Shown piece by piece: positions 41,150-52,830 of a stretch of 64,000 nt of DNA (its first letter is position 1; every line of letters begins with the position of its first letter). Both the position numbers and the translations under genes were made by a program. The notes beneath the pieces were generated by a model. It searched no databases. It had not been told where the DNA came from and saw only the letters and a program-made list of their open reading frames with translations. This stretch comes from Chrysomallon squamiferum. Taxonomy: Eukaryota; Animalia; Mollusca. Location of the stretch: assembly GCA_012295275.1 (NCBI GenBank), contig CM022672.1:14880001-14944000 (forward strand). Direction: 5' to 3'.

Positions 41150-41351
41150 TTTATCCCTTTATTTACCTTCAGTTTGATTTTATTTTTTTAATAATTGTTT
41201 TTTTATGTTTCAGTATTCTGACAGGACATGGCCTGTTTTACTGATTGGAGTTGTGATGTTTATTCCTGGGTTCTATCATGTCAGGATAGCTTACTATGCA
41301 TACAAAGGATATGCGGGATATTCATACGATGACATTCCAGAATTTGATTAA
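38152..41351 (+). CDS. TMEM230: Transmembrane protein 230, 3 coding exons, 115 aa
   Basis: Exons 38152-38238, 40501-40623, 41214-41351 (phase 0): MSKR...[16 protein letters not shown]|[41 protein letters not shown]|[45 protein letters not shown], typical TMEM230 motifs. Confidence 0.97.
39284..39441 (+). repeat. Diverged duplicate of TMEM230 exon-2 3' end, donor site and about 140 bp of intron 2, located in intron 1
   Basis: TGGTTACATAGATGCCAGGTAAAC...ACATAGCACAGGTTTCAGTGT...GTATTTGTGGTGAAT...CATCTTTAA aligns by eye with 40605-40770. Confidence 0.9.
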
Positions 41352-43005
41352 ACATTTTCACATTTCTTAAATTATAAGATCATTGTTTGGAAATTTGAGC
41401 TAGGATGTCTTGAAAACACAATTTGAACACCATCCTTCACCTGTCTAATGGATTGTGATACAGTCTAACTAAAATAAACACTGATCTTCATACCACTGCA
41501 GGCACAGAACATCTATGAACCACTGATATACCAATAACCTGATCAAAATCTGGCCTCAACCATCAAATATTGCAACCGTTACTCTTTGCTTGAATATTTT
41601 TATGTATTTATATTATTTTTGAGAGGTGTTTCTGTTAATTTTAAAAAGTATTTTTTCTTTACAGAATCTGACTTCAACAGTATTCATTTAATTTTTTGTT
41701 GTTAAAAAAACAACACATTGCTGTAGTCTAATTCTAACATTCCTTTAAAATTTTCATTTTAATTACAAGAATATGTTATTGTATGAAAATTTATTGTTCA
41801 TAAATTTATAATGAACACAGATGGCTCTTGTTTTTTTAACCATACAGTAAATATTTAATACAGTTTATCTTGATACTTGTTTTAATATTATTTTATTTGT
41901 AGAAATATGGAAAAACAAATGTCTTTGAAATATGAAATTAATTTGATACTTATATTTTGAAATCCTAAATGTTCTGAAGTGTTCTTACAGATTTATTTCA
42001 TGAATGAAATTATTATCAGTATTATGTATCTGATAAGCTGTATATGAAATAACAATGGAATTTTTTGTTTTGACTTCAGTCCTGCTCTCTTGTTATGTCC
42101 TTATATTCCAGAATCAAAAAATTCTGAAATCTGAAACACTTCTTTCTGGTTGCAAACATTTCTTTTAAGGGATCCTAAACTTCAATATATTTATGAATTT
42201 TTCTCTAACATTTTTTTTTTATCAATATGCATGAATTTCAAGTTATTGTTTTAACTGATTTTGTGGGAATATTTAAGAATTTAAATCAAAGATTGGCTCT
42301 TGTTTCATTGGTTTTATGGTTTTACATATAATAACTTCATTTGTAAATCTTTTTTTATTTTATTTGAGGTATGGGATGTATTCTTTCATTAGTTTAAAAA
42401 AATTTAATTGCTTAAATAGCATATGATAATAATAATCTATGAAATTTTTGTGTACTTAATTTATACAACAAAGCCTCATAGATTACTGAAATGAACAACA
42501 GTTGAATACAACACTCAAGCTATTCCAGTATATCAAAAAGTGTGTTGTATATATTAAATTAAAAGAGTAATAACTATTAATATTATCATGTTTCAAGTGA
42601 TAGTTAAGTATTTATTTTTGTATTAAACATTCAGTTTCTGAAACAACATCAGAATATATTCAGATAACTTTAGTTTTGTTTTAACCCAAATTACAATGGA
42701 TGTGTTTAAAAGTTGTGTTCCACCAGTTATGCATGGTAAAAATTAAAATTTATTTTCACACATTGATTCTCTCGTATTAATGTTAAATAATAAATATATC
42801 AAACTAGGTGGAGTTGTTGTGGGTCAGTAGTGTGTACTAGTCTTAAATTAAAGTTCGTGGATGAGATTAAAGCCTTGAGATAACATGAAAGTTGACCCAG
42901 TTTTGAACCTCGGACATGTCCTGAATCAAGGTCATTTCATTATCTTGTTTTGGTTTGTGTAAACATTACCCACTATATGTGACTGTTACCGTATAACAGT
43001 CTTTC

Positions 43006-43037
<32 letters not shown>

Positions 43038-44189
43038 ATATTAATATTCCTTTAAAATAAAAAAATTCTTAAAATTATATTTGGGTGCTTTATTTGGTTG
43101 AAGAAAGCATTATTTTTTTAAATTCATGTTTATTTTCTTTTATTCATTATTATAAATGAGGGAAGTTATTAAGGTAATAAAATTATCAAAGAAGTTAAAT
43201 ATAAAATATTGAAAACATGCACCTCCTTTTTATATTATACAATATCATTTATATTCTAGTCAAATTTTAATTTATTATCTACATAAAACACACTAGAGAA
43301 TATACATTGAATCTTACATTTAATGTTTGAAAATCTATCAAACGTTAAAATTATGAAAATGTATTTTACTCTTGAAAATAAACATTAAAATAAAAATCTT
43401 GTTTTTCTTTTCTTTATCATGTAGAAGAGTATTCTGAAAATACTGATGAATCGGTCAAATAACGACAACTTAAAATTATATACTCTTAAAAAATACCTCA
43501 CTTTACATGGTTATATTAATGTTATTGTTACAGAATCAAAGACATCATAAAGAGAGTCAAGTATGTGAACCAGTGGTGATGCCTAAATAGTATAGAAGAC
43601 ACATCCAGTTTGCATAAACCTAACCTAGTCAGTGTTTGCACCTACATTTGGAAGTTCTACAACTCTGCATTCTGAACCCTTGGTTAGTGGGGCATGAAAG
43701 ACCACATCAACAGTAGAATCCATGTATCTTATAGCACATTTGACTGGTTCCATGTATAACTGATACTGAAATTTTGTCCAGTTCTGTGTCATTCACGTAT
43801 CTGACATGTTTCAGGTGGAATCTGAGATAATGTTTCTGACAAGTACAGAGTAATCCCCTTCCCATGACATCTTCATCTTTGGTTGCTGGTTATTGTCTAC
43901 CAGTTATTTTTACTGAACGTTAAAAAACAGTTTTGTTTCTTTTCTTTTTTTATGAGTATATATATATATATATATATATTTACATATTAATATTTAGGAT
44001 GTAGAACCAAACTGATTTCAAACTGAGGTCACAGTTTTTAGACAAGTATTTAGATTTCTTGGTACTGGGAAAACAACTTGTGAAGAATTACGTGCAGAAT
44101 GATAAAATAAAATTTGCAGATCAGGGTTTATTTGTCAGCATGTTTACATTGCATTAGTACCTCCAAAACATCACCACCAATAGCAACAA

Positions 44190-44222
<33 letters not shown>

Positions 44223-44691
44223 AAGTAACTATAGCTGTAGTAATGATAAGAACAGTGGCATATCTAAGGTTTGGCAAGCAATGAATATGACCTGTATTTT
44301 TGAGCTGATTTTATGAAAAAGACATCTGAAGGATGAGATCAGATGTTTGGACAGGGATGCAGTTTATGTGCTTTCCACAGGCACTATTGTCCTCAGATAA
44401 ACTCCTGGATAAGAATCCATTAATTCATGCTGACCTACATAAAATGTGTCGACTGTTATCTTGTGTGCTCTTACTTGCGTTGTTGGCTGTAAAACGTGAG
44501 TTGACTGTGGCCTTCAGATTTGATCTAGTTATTTCAGTGTAGGCCAGCTGCACTTGACAGTCAGATCAATAGATGAAGCAACAGTTGTTAAAAAGCAAGC
44601 TGTTTTGAAATAGCAGGTAGATACAGCTTACCTTAGCTAGTGGGACTTCTACAGGAGAGAAAAGTAAGTGTGAATTTAACTGGGAAAATTA

Positions 44692-44753
<62 letters not shown>

Positions 44754-44943
44754 TAAAAATAAATAAATAAATAAATAAACAGAAAAAAAATTACTATTAT
44801 TATTATATTAATATATTTAATTATATCAGTTATTTCTGAACAGGAAACAAATTAAACTTAAATGTGTATGTTAAATACTGCAAAATATATATTTATATAT
44901 ATGCATACATACATGTATATATTAATGATACCATGCACTGTTT

Positions 44944-44982
<39 letters not shown>

Positions 44983-45203
44983 CAATACATACACATTGAA
45001 AACAAATTATAAATAACAATTCAAATCACTCTTCACTTTGCATCACTAAATCAAAACTTTATTCAGAAAGAAAATTATTTATCTTTAAAGAACTGTGCAG
45101 TTTAAATGCCTTACACAAAATTTTGAAAATGTATCCTTTGTATCAAAGCATAGTGACTAGCACCGAAAGATCAGTTTTAATAAATCTATTTTTCAGAACT
45201 AAG

Positions 45204-48200
45204 ATGGCTGCCACAGATGATAATGTCAGAGATGCTGTCAGAGATTATTACGGAAAACGGTTACAATCGTCCAAGGATCTTAAGACAAACACTTGCAAGA
45301 TAGCGCCATCTGGTTTACCAAAACACATCCGGGATGCCATTGTTGATGTCCATGATGAAGTTGTTAAAAGGTGAAACTAAATCACTTACACGTGTCCATG
45401 CACGCATTTATATACACACAATCTCAAACATACACACATGTACACTCTATATCTACTACAGTGCCACTGAAGGAGATTTTGCAATTATTTAAATTTTTTA
45501 ATTATTTATGCAAAATGAAGCCTGAGTAACCTCTAGCAGAGAATAGTTCAGACAGATACATGGAAGGATATCACTGGTTCCCCATCCTAATGTCTAACTG
45601 AGCTGTTCTTCACCAGATGATCCTCAGGATGCACAAAATAATGATGCCTATGTCTACAAAACATGTTTTAAACAAACAAAAACATGCACAGATTTGACTC
45701 CACACTGAAATGAACAAATGAATGTCCTGTGTTTCAGGTATTATGGGTGTGGTCTGGTGATACCTGAGAAGTTGGAAGGGGCAAGGGTTTTGGATCTGGG
45801 TAGTGGGTCAGGAAGAGATTGTTTTGCTATCAGTAAGCTGGTGGGAGAAAATGGATATGTGGTGGGTGTTGATATGACAGATGGGCAGGTGAGAATATTT
45901 ATTTTATATTTAGGTAATAAAACTGGAAAAAAAATTTATGGGTTTTTTTTTTAACTTTCTGCATTTGTAGCATTATTTATATAATACATATTTTTTCTCT
46001 CTTTTGTACTTTAATTTTAGCTTGAAATAGCCAGAAATTATATAGATTATCACAAGGAAAAATTTGGCTACAAGGAACCAAATGTGGAGTTTGTAAAAGG
46101 ATATATAGAAAAACTACCAGATGCTGGTCTCAAAGAAAATAGTTTTGATATTGTGATGTAAGTATAATTTTAGCTTAGTTTAAGACAATTAATTCTCCTT
46201 TCTAGAGTACAGCAAAATATTGATAATTTGGCATCCATATATTTTACTGGATGTTAAAATTTGGATTCTGAAATCAAAACCAGCACACACACACACACAC
46301 ACATTGAAGTAGTTAATAATAATTATTATACTCTATTTATTTATTTGCCTAATTTATAATTATGCATGATTGGGTTATACAGTTCAAAAATGATTATAAA
46401 GATATTATAAATGTAATTTCAGATCCAACTGTGTGGTGAATCTGTCTCCAGATAAACTTGCAGTACTGAGGGGAGCCTACAAGGTGCTGAAGGTAAACTT
46501 TTTTATTCATATTGGTTTGAAATTCTCCAGATTGAAAATCCATTTACTGTAAAATGTGAAAATGTATGAAAAGTCTTCTTTTGGGTTCTTTTTTTTTTTT
46601 TTTTGGTCAAGTTTATATGAAATCTTGTAGATTATTTATGGTTATCATTGAGGACTTTGGTTTGTTAGATAATTTATGGTCAAAAACACAGTCCTTAACA
46701 GGATGAGAGAAAAGTTTCATGTGTTTTACTATCTTAATATAAAAACATATTTAAAGCATTGTGTATTCAGATTTATTTTGTTTTCAGGTAGGTGGTGAGG
46801 TGTATTTCAGTGACATCTATTGTGATTGCCACCTTTCAGAAACAGCCAGAAAACATGAAGTCTTGTGGGGTAAAAACAAAAATGATAATAAACAAAAAAT
46901 AATAATAATAAATAATAAATAAAGGATTACAGACATATTTAATACAAATACTATAAGAAACTCTTTCAGCTCTGACACATTTTTGTGTATAATATATAGA
47001 AAAACACTGCATAAGAATAATCAAAATTAATTAAGGTGTTTTTTGTCAACCATCTTTAGCATTGTGTATCCTCCATACTGACTGGCTAATTCATACATGT
47101 TCAGCCAACAGCAGAGAGTTTATCTTAAGACCGATATATTGTCCAAGCATTAAGAATGTTACATCTTTGACCTCATGAAACATAATGTAATAAATATTTA
47201 GTGTATTTAGTGAGATTGAGAATGATTAACAACAGTTATATTTAACACTTTTTTTGACAATTTGTTAGACAAGAAAAATAGCAAAAAAAAAAAAAAATTT
47301 CTAAAGTTTGTTAGGATACGTTTGTTAGGAAAATGGATCCTGAGCAGTTTCAGGATTTAGTATTAAAAAGCCCCATCTGATTCAGAGCTTAATTTGATGA
47401 GTTTGTTATTGAATTATGATTTTAGGTGAATGTTTGTCTGGTGCTCTGTATTGGAAGGAAATTTTTGATTTGGCTAAAGAAGTTGGATTCAGTACTCCTA
47501 GACTGGTTTCTGTATCACCAGTTCCTGTTACACAACCAGAGTTCATAGAAGTCCTAGGTAAAAAACTAAAAAACAGCATCATAATTTACAAAATTCCTAA
47601 ATGTTTTACTTCATTTTAAAATTTATTTCAAATAAATAATGACAGAAAAATGTTTAAAAAGGATTTTAAGAAAATATAAACTGGAAAGTAAAAACTAAAA
47701 AAAAAAAACCAAAGCTTTGAAGACTGATCATCTTAGAGCTGCTATTGAATGATAGGAAATGATAACAAAATATTCTTAATTTATAAGATTTTTTTTCCTG
47801 ACAGGTGAGGCTCAGTTTGTGTCAGTCACATACAGATTGTTCAAGTTACCAGAGAAGAAAGTAAAAGCTCGCAAAGTCATCTACAATGGTAAAATACTAG
47901 GATATGAAGATGAACTGAAGTTTGATTTCAGAGTAACATTCAAGGTAAATTGCAAATATGCAAACTGTGTTTAAGGTAACTTAATTATAAAGAACATTTC
48001 AGTTAGTCTGTTGCTTTAATACAAACAGTACTTCCAGTCAATATTCTAAAACTGATTTATCAAAGACCTTGTTTTGATATATTTTTGGATTTAAGGTATT
48101 TCACTGCATATTTAATTTAAATACATTTAGCATTTATATTAAAAATATGTGTAAAAGCTGTGACAGGCAGTATTTGACAAAATACAGAACAAAAACAAAC

Positions 48201-48755
48201 TAATTTTTTTATTTTGTTTTTCAGAAAGGAGATGCTGTCGCTGTAGACAGTGAACTTGCCACCATCTTGGACAGTTCAAGATACAAGGACGAGTTTGATT
48301 TCCAGCCAGAAGGCAGTCTTGTGCTGTGAACCAAAGATCCAGATTGTAAGTTATCACTGTTTATTATTAAGACTATAATAATCTGTTTAGCAGTTCTTCT
48401 GTATTAAAAGTTAGAGACACAGTATTCAGAATTTTGATTAAGTGTCAGAGTGTAGTCAAAATTTCATTTGAGAATGTTATTTAACTGCACATGCTGAACT
48501 AATATAATAAAAATATGGAGTTAGAGGTCACAAAGACTAAATATCATTCCAAAAATAACATCAAGACTAAATGACACTTAATTAAATTACAGAAGATTGT
48601 TCCAGGCTTTTGTTGAACATTATAAAAATATAAATAATAGCAAATTATGACAAGAATGATTTTTGTTTTTAATTCAGGAAATTGATCCATTTGAGTACTT
48701 GGAGATACTGAAGAAAGAAGGTCGACTACCTGCTACTCCTTCATGTTGTAATTAG
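45204..48755 (+). CDS. AS3MT: Arsenite methyltransferase, copy 1; 9 exons; 1-nt insertion in exon 8 gives early TGA at 48327-48329 (truncated, mis-assembled or recoded)
   Basis: Exons 45204-45370, 45738-45888, 46021-46157, 46423-46492, 46788-46869, 47426-47557, 47805-47944, 48225-48345, 48678-48755. Motifs VRDYYGKRL..SKDLKTNTC, RYYGCGLVIPE, VLDLGSGSGRDC (SAM motif I), FDIVISNCVVNL, LWGECLSGALYW. Exon 8 is 121 nt versus 120 nt in copy 2. Confidence 0.93.
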
Positions 48756-49913
48756 GCAACGAAGAAAAGTTATTAGGTTATTTTTAAATAAAACATTATT
48801 AAATAACTCATCACTATACCAGACACATATTTTGATATCTTTACATTATAAATAAAACATAGCAACTGTATACAGGTTGACTACCTCAGATCTTAAATTG
48901 ACAGAGTATATATATTTTGTAAAATAATAATAATTAAATCTTGTGTTATATACAAACAGGATTAAATATTCCTATATATAATTACTTAAGAGATACTTAA
49001 AAAAGAAAGGTGGTTTGAGCTATTTTTGATTTTCAGAAAAGTACTTCCATAATAATTTCTGAAAAACAGAAACATTTGTTTGTTTTTTATCTCCTATATT
49101 TGAAGATAATCTTCTCAACAGCATAGGAATATGTTTGTATAATGATTATAAATTATGGTGCGACTACATGATTTGTATTTGAAATACTCTTTGCCAGAAT
49201 CAGCTACCAGCTCATCTTGTTTTGTGTAAAATTTAAAACATTCAAAATTGAAAGTTTGTCTCATATTATTTCTGGTGAAGGAAAATCAGGGTGCAAGACT
49301 TTATGAAGAAAATATATCCATTGATTTACATTATACAAATAACGTTTTATATTATACTGCATTTATATGACAGAATAATTTGTTAACTTTTATAATTAAT
49401 GTTTGATGTTGTTGTATGCAATTATTATAATTAATTATATGTGAAAATAAATAAAAATAAAACTCACTTACAATTTATATATTTTTTCAAATTTATAATA
49501 TAGACAAATAAATAAATAAATACTGTTTATAAAGCTGATTTACTTTGTGTATTTTGTGAAAAGAAGGGCCTTCAACAATCATGGGTATAAATTTGAAACA
49601 AACAAATAAATATAATAACTATTCAGATACACATTGTATATTTTTATGTTATCCTTCTGACATGCTGTCAATGCATTTTATTTCATCAGTTCATAACTAT
49701 ATTGAATATGTAGAAAAGAAGTTGGAAGTAAACACTAACATCTGACACTTGAACGTGCCAAAGGTAAACAGACTCCAGATAACTGATTTTCAAATATTAA
49801 ACACACTGAGATGGAGGTGTTCATGGCTGTAACTGTGTTGAGGCAAATGAGGCATATGCCTCATACTGAAATTGATATTTTTTTTAATACAAATATTTTA
49901 TTTAAAAAAATAC

Positions 49914-49944
<31 letters not shown>

Positions 49945-50734
49945 TACACACATACATACATACATACATATATATATATACACACATACATACATACATA
50001 TGTCTAGGATCGAGGATTTTATGCCTTTCAAATGTGTTTCTGCCTCATTTCAAAGTCAGTTATGGCCATGGTGTTGTGTTATCACTTACAAAATAGCTTG
50101 TTGTTGATGCATTTATATTAAAAATAATAATAATTTTTAAATGATGAAGATAACTGACTGCAACAAATAGTATTTAAAATTGTTTTGATCAGCACAATAT
50201 GGATACCAGTGTTTCTTTAAAAAAAAAAAAAAAAAAAAAAAATAACAACAACAAATAACAAACTATTTATCTATAGAATTTGAAAGAACTCTGTAATTTA
50301 CATATATATATAAAAATAAAATAAAAATATTTAGTTTTCCTTGTTTAATTTTGAGAAACTGATAAAAAATAAATATCACCTCCAAATTAATTGTGGTGAG
50401 TTATTGCTAATAAAGTGTCGCATTCAATTGTTACTGCTACCATATATTTAAATAAATAAATCGAAAATATTTGCTGCATACATTGACATTGTGAAAATGA
50501 TAAGTTGCTAAAATTTCTCTAGCTGGGTATTCACATAAATTCAGTTTAATTGTAGTTCATTGCCTATTCTGTGACTGATACACCCCTTGGCTTGGTTGAG
50601 AAAGTGTAAATTGTAAGCCACGGTACTGATTCGAACCTTTTTACTCATGGGAGAGAAAAAATATTCTCTGGATTTTTATTTGCAGATTATCTTGTCAACA
50701 ATGAAGTTTCTTTATATTATATTATTAAAAAAAA

Positions 50735-50766
<32 letters not shown>

Positions 50767-50859
50767 AAGAGTTAAGCGCCCAGACAACTGTTAAAACTAT
50801 TATGTCTTTTAAAATGGTTTAAAATTTTATTTTGGAACTTGAACCAGTTGACGAATATT

Positions 50860-51551
50860 GTATTTTAACATGTCGCTACACGTACATTATGGCGAACGTG
50901 AGCATTCGCAAATATTGTTATCTTAGTTATTGGTATTTGTTCGTCTAATGTACAGTCAAGTTTAATGTCAGCGGTAGCGGCGCTGATAAAAGTATAGGCC
51001 TACGTAATTTATTTTTTGTCAATGTCATCGACATCTCATGACCTGTATACGTTAGACCGCCGCCTATGTTGAAATAGTAAGAAGACAAACAAATAAACGT
51101 GCTTATCAGAGCGACCTGTTGTGAAGCACGTAAGATATAATAAATTGCGTACGTGATTAACAACATTTATGTGCCGCCACCGCGTCCTCATCCGCGCCCG
51201 CAACCGCAAACTGCGCATGACTTTCACCTTGCAGGTTATTTAGACTGGATATAGATATTATTGCATGACATTGAAAAATTATTAAAATGAAATAATAAAG
51301 TTCGGCCTTTTTCGCCCCGTAAGTCTTACATCTGACTCTGTATTTAAAAGTTAGGATTGTAATTTAACTTGATTATCGACGTTGTTAATGTTGTAATAAA
51401 AAGCTTAAAACTTTTTAAAAATATAAACTGTTCGCGCAATTTTGGTGCGTCACGCTGAGTGATACGGCTGCGGATTTCATCAGTTTTTGTTGTTTTTTTG
51501 TCATCGTAAACTGTCAGGTTTATTTGTCGTTTGCTGGGTTCGTTAACACAG
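50860..51551 (+). promoter_or_regulatory. CpG-rich promoter and non-coding first exon of AS3MT copy 2
   Basis: Sharp CpG/GC-rich island (e.g. CCGCGCCCGCAACCGCAAACTGCGCATG near 51192-51219, NRF1-like), strong donor CAG|GTAAGA at 51551/51552, acceptor ending 52823 seven nt before ATG 52831. Confidence 0.6.
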
Positions 51552-52023
51552 GTAAGAACGTTTTCGGAGATGCGAGTATCATTTTAAGTTTTTTATTTTT
51601 AGATTTTGCTTGACTTTTTCTACTGAATTTAAATATCGTTGTAGAGAAAATAGTATGTACCATTTTCGCGTGGAGTAACCTGACAGGATCTTAAAGACGG
51701 ACCGCCGATGCAGCAAAAATCTTCTTTGACAATATTAAAATTTATTTATTATTGTTATTATTATTTTTCTGAATTAAATCAGAAAATATTCCCAGATTTC
51801 AAATAATTATAGTTGATGATATCGATACAGAATTTTAATCTTTTATTTTGGGAAGATACAGACAAGTGTTTTTGATTTTTATTTATTTATTTAATATAAT
51901 ATGCAAAACTTGATTGAATTCACACGTATTTTATTACAAAAAATAAAAAAATAATAATAATAATAAAATAAAATAAAAAATAAATAATATAAAAAAAATA
52001 TGTATACCATCACAATTTTATTA

Positions 52024-52064
<41 letters not shown>

Positions 52065-52731
52065 GATTAGATTTTCAAAAACAATATGCTAAAATACAAA
52101 ATAAGTAGATAGGGCTTGAGTGTGTGCATGTTTATGCACGTGTAATGTACATGTAATGACTGTAATGTAATTATGTATTAAGAAGTTGGTTATGGAAATA
52201 AGAAAAGAAATTTAACAATTACAAAATACTGACAACTCTAAATGCTATTTTGTGTTTTGTGTACATAACTTAATGTATTTATATCACATGTATAACATTC
52301 AGCTATAACACAAATGGTAATAATAGCTGAATATATTATACATATTATAACATACATTTTGACATATTAAAATACACTTAGCTGCTTTTAAAAATAGAAC
52401 ACCTACACCTGTTTGCAATTATGTCCATGAATCATATAATTTCACCTTTGTGAATGTATCTATCAGTATATATATGTATGTATGTTTATGCATGCATATG
52501 TGTGTCTGTATATAGTAGGATTGTGTATGCATGTATGTTTGCATATATATGTTATGTTTGTGTGTGCATGTGTATTTTCATGTGTATGTATTTATGTATG
52601 TCTGTGTGTGTGTGTATCTATCTAGATAAATATGTATGTATATGTATGTGTCTGTTTAGTTATATATGTATGTATGTATAAATGTATGTCTTTCTCTGTA
52701 ATGTATATATATTTTATATATATATATATAA

Positions 52732-52779
<48 letters not shown>

Positions 52780-52830
52780 TATATAAAAAATTTGGTAAAC
52801 GTTTCAGTCACTTGATTAAACAGAAGCACA

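Noticed and set aside
44253-45468. CAGTGGCA...TGCCACTG as transposon terminal inverted repeats around AS3MT copy 1 exon 1
   Set aside because: Only 8 bp, no target-site duplication; could be chance or an unrelated MITE remnant.
48327-48329. In-frame TGA in AS3MT copy 1 as selenocysteine
   Set aside because: The frame is already shifted relative to the paralogue, the TGA does not align to a Cys codon, read-through meets another TGA at the exon 8/9 junction, and no SECIS was recognised.
50570-50650. tRNA or tRNA-derived SINE (B-box GGTTCGAATC on minus strand near 50628-50637)
   Set aside because: No A-box at proper spacing and no cloverleaf could be drawn.
51465-51475. ARE/Nrf2-like GCTGAGTGA (about 51455-51463) in the AS3MT copy 2 promoter region
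   Set aside because: One mismatch in the core of GCTGAGTCA and a single short motif; not distinguishable from chance.
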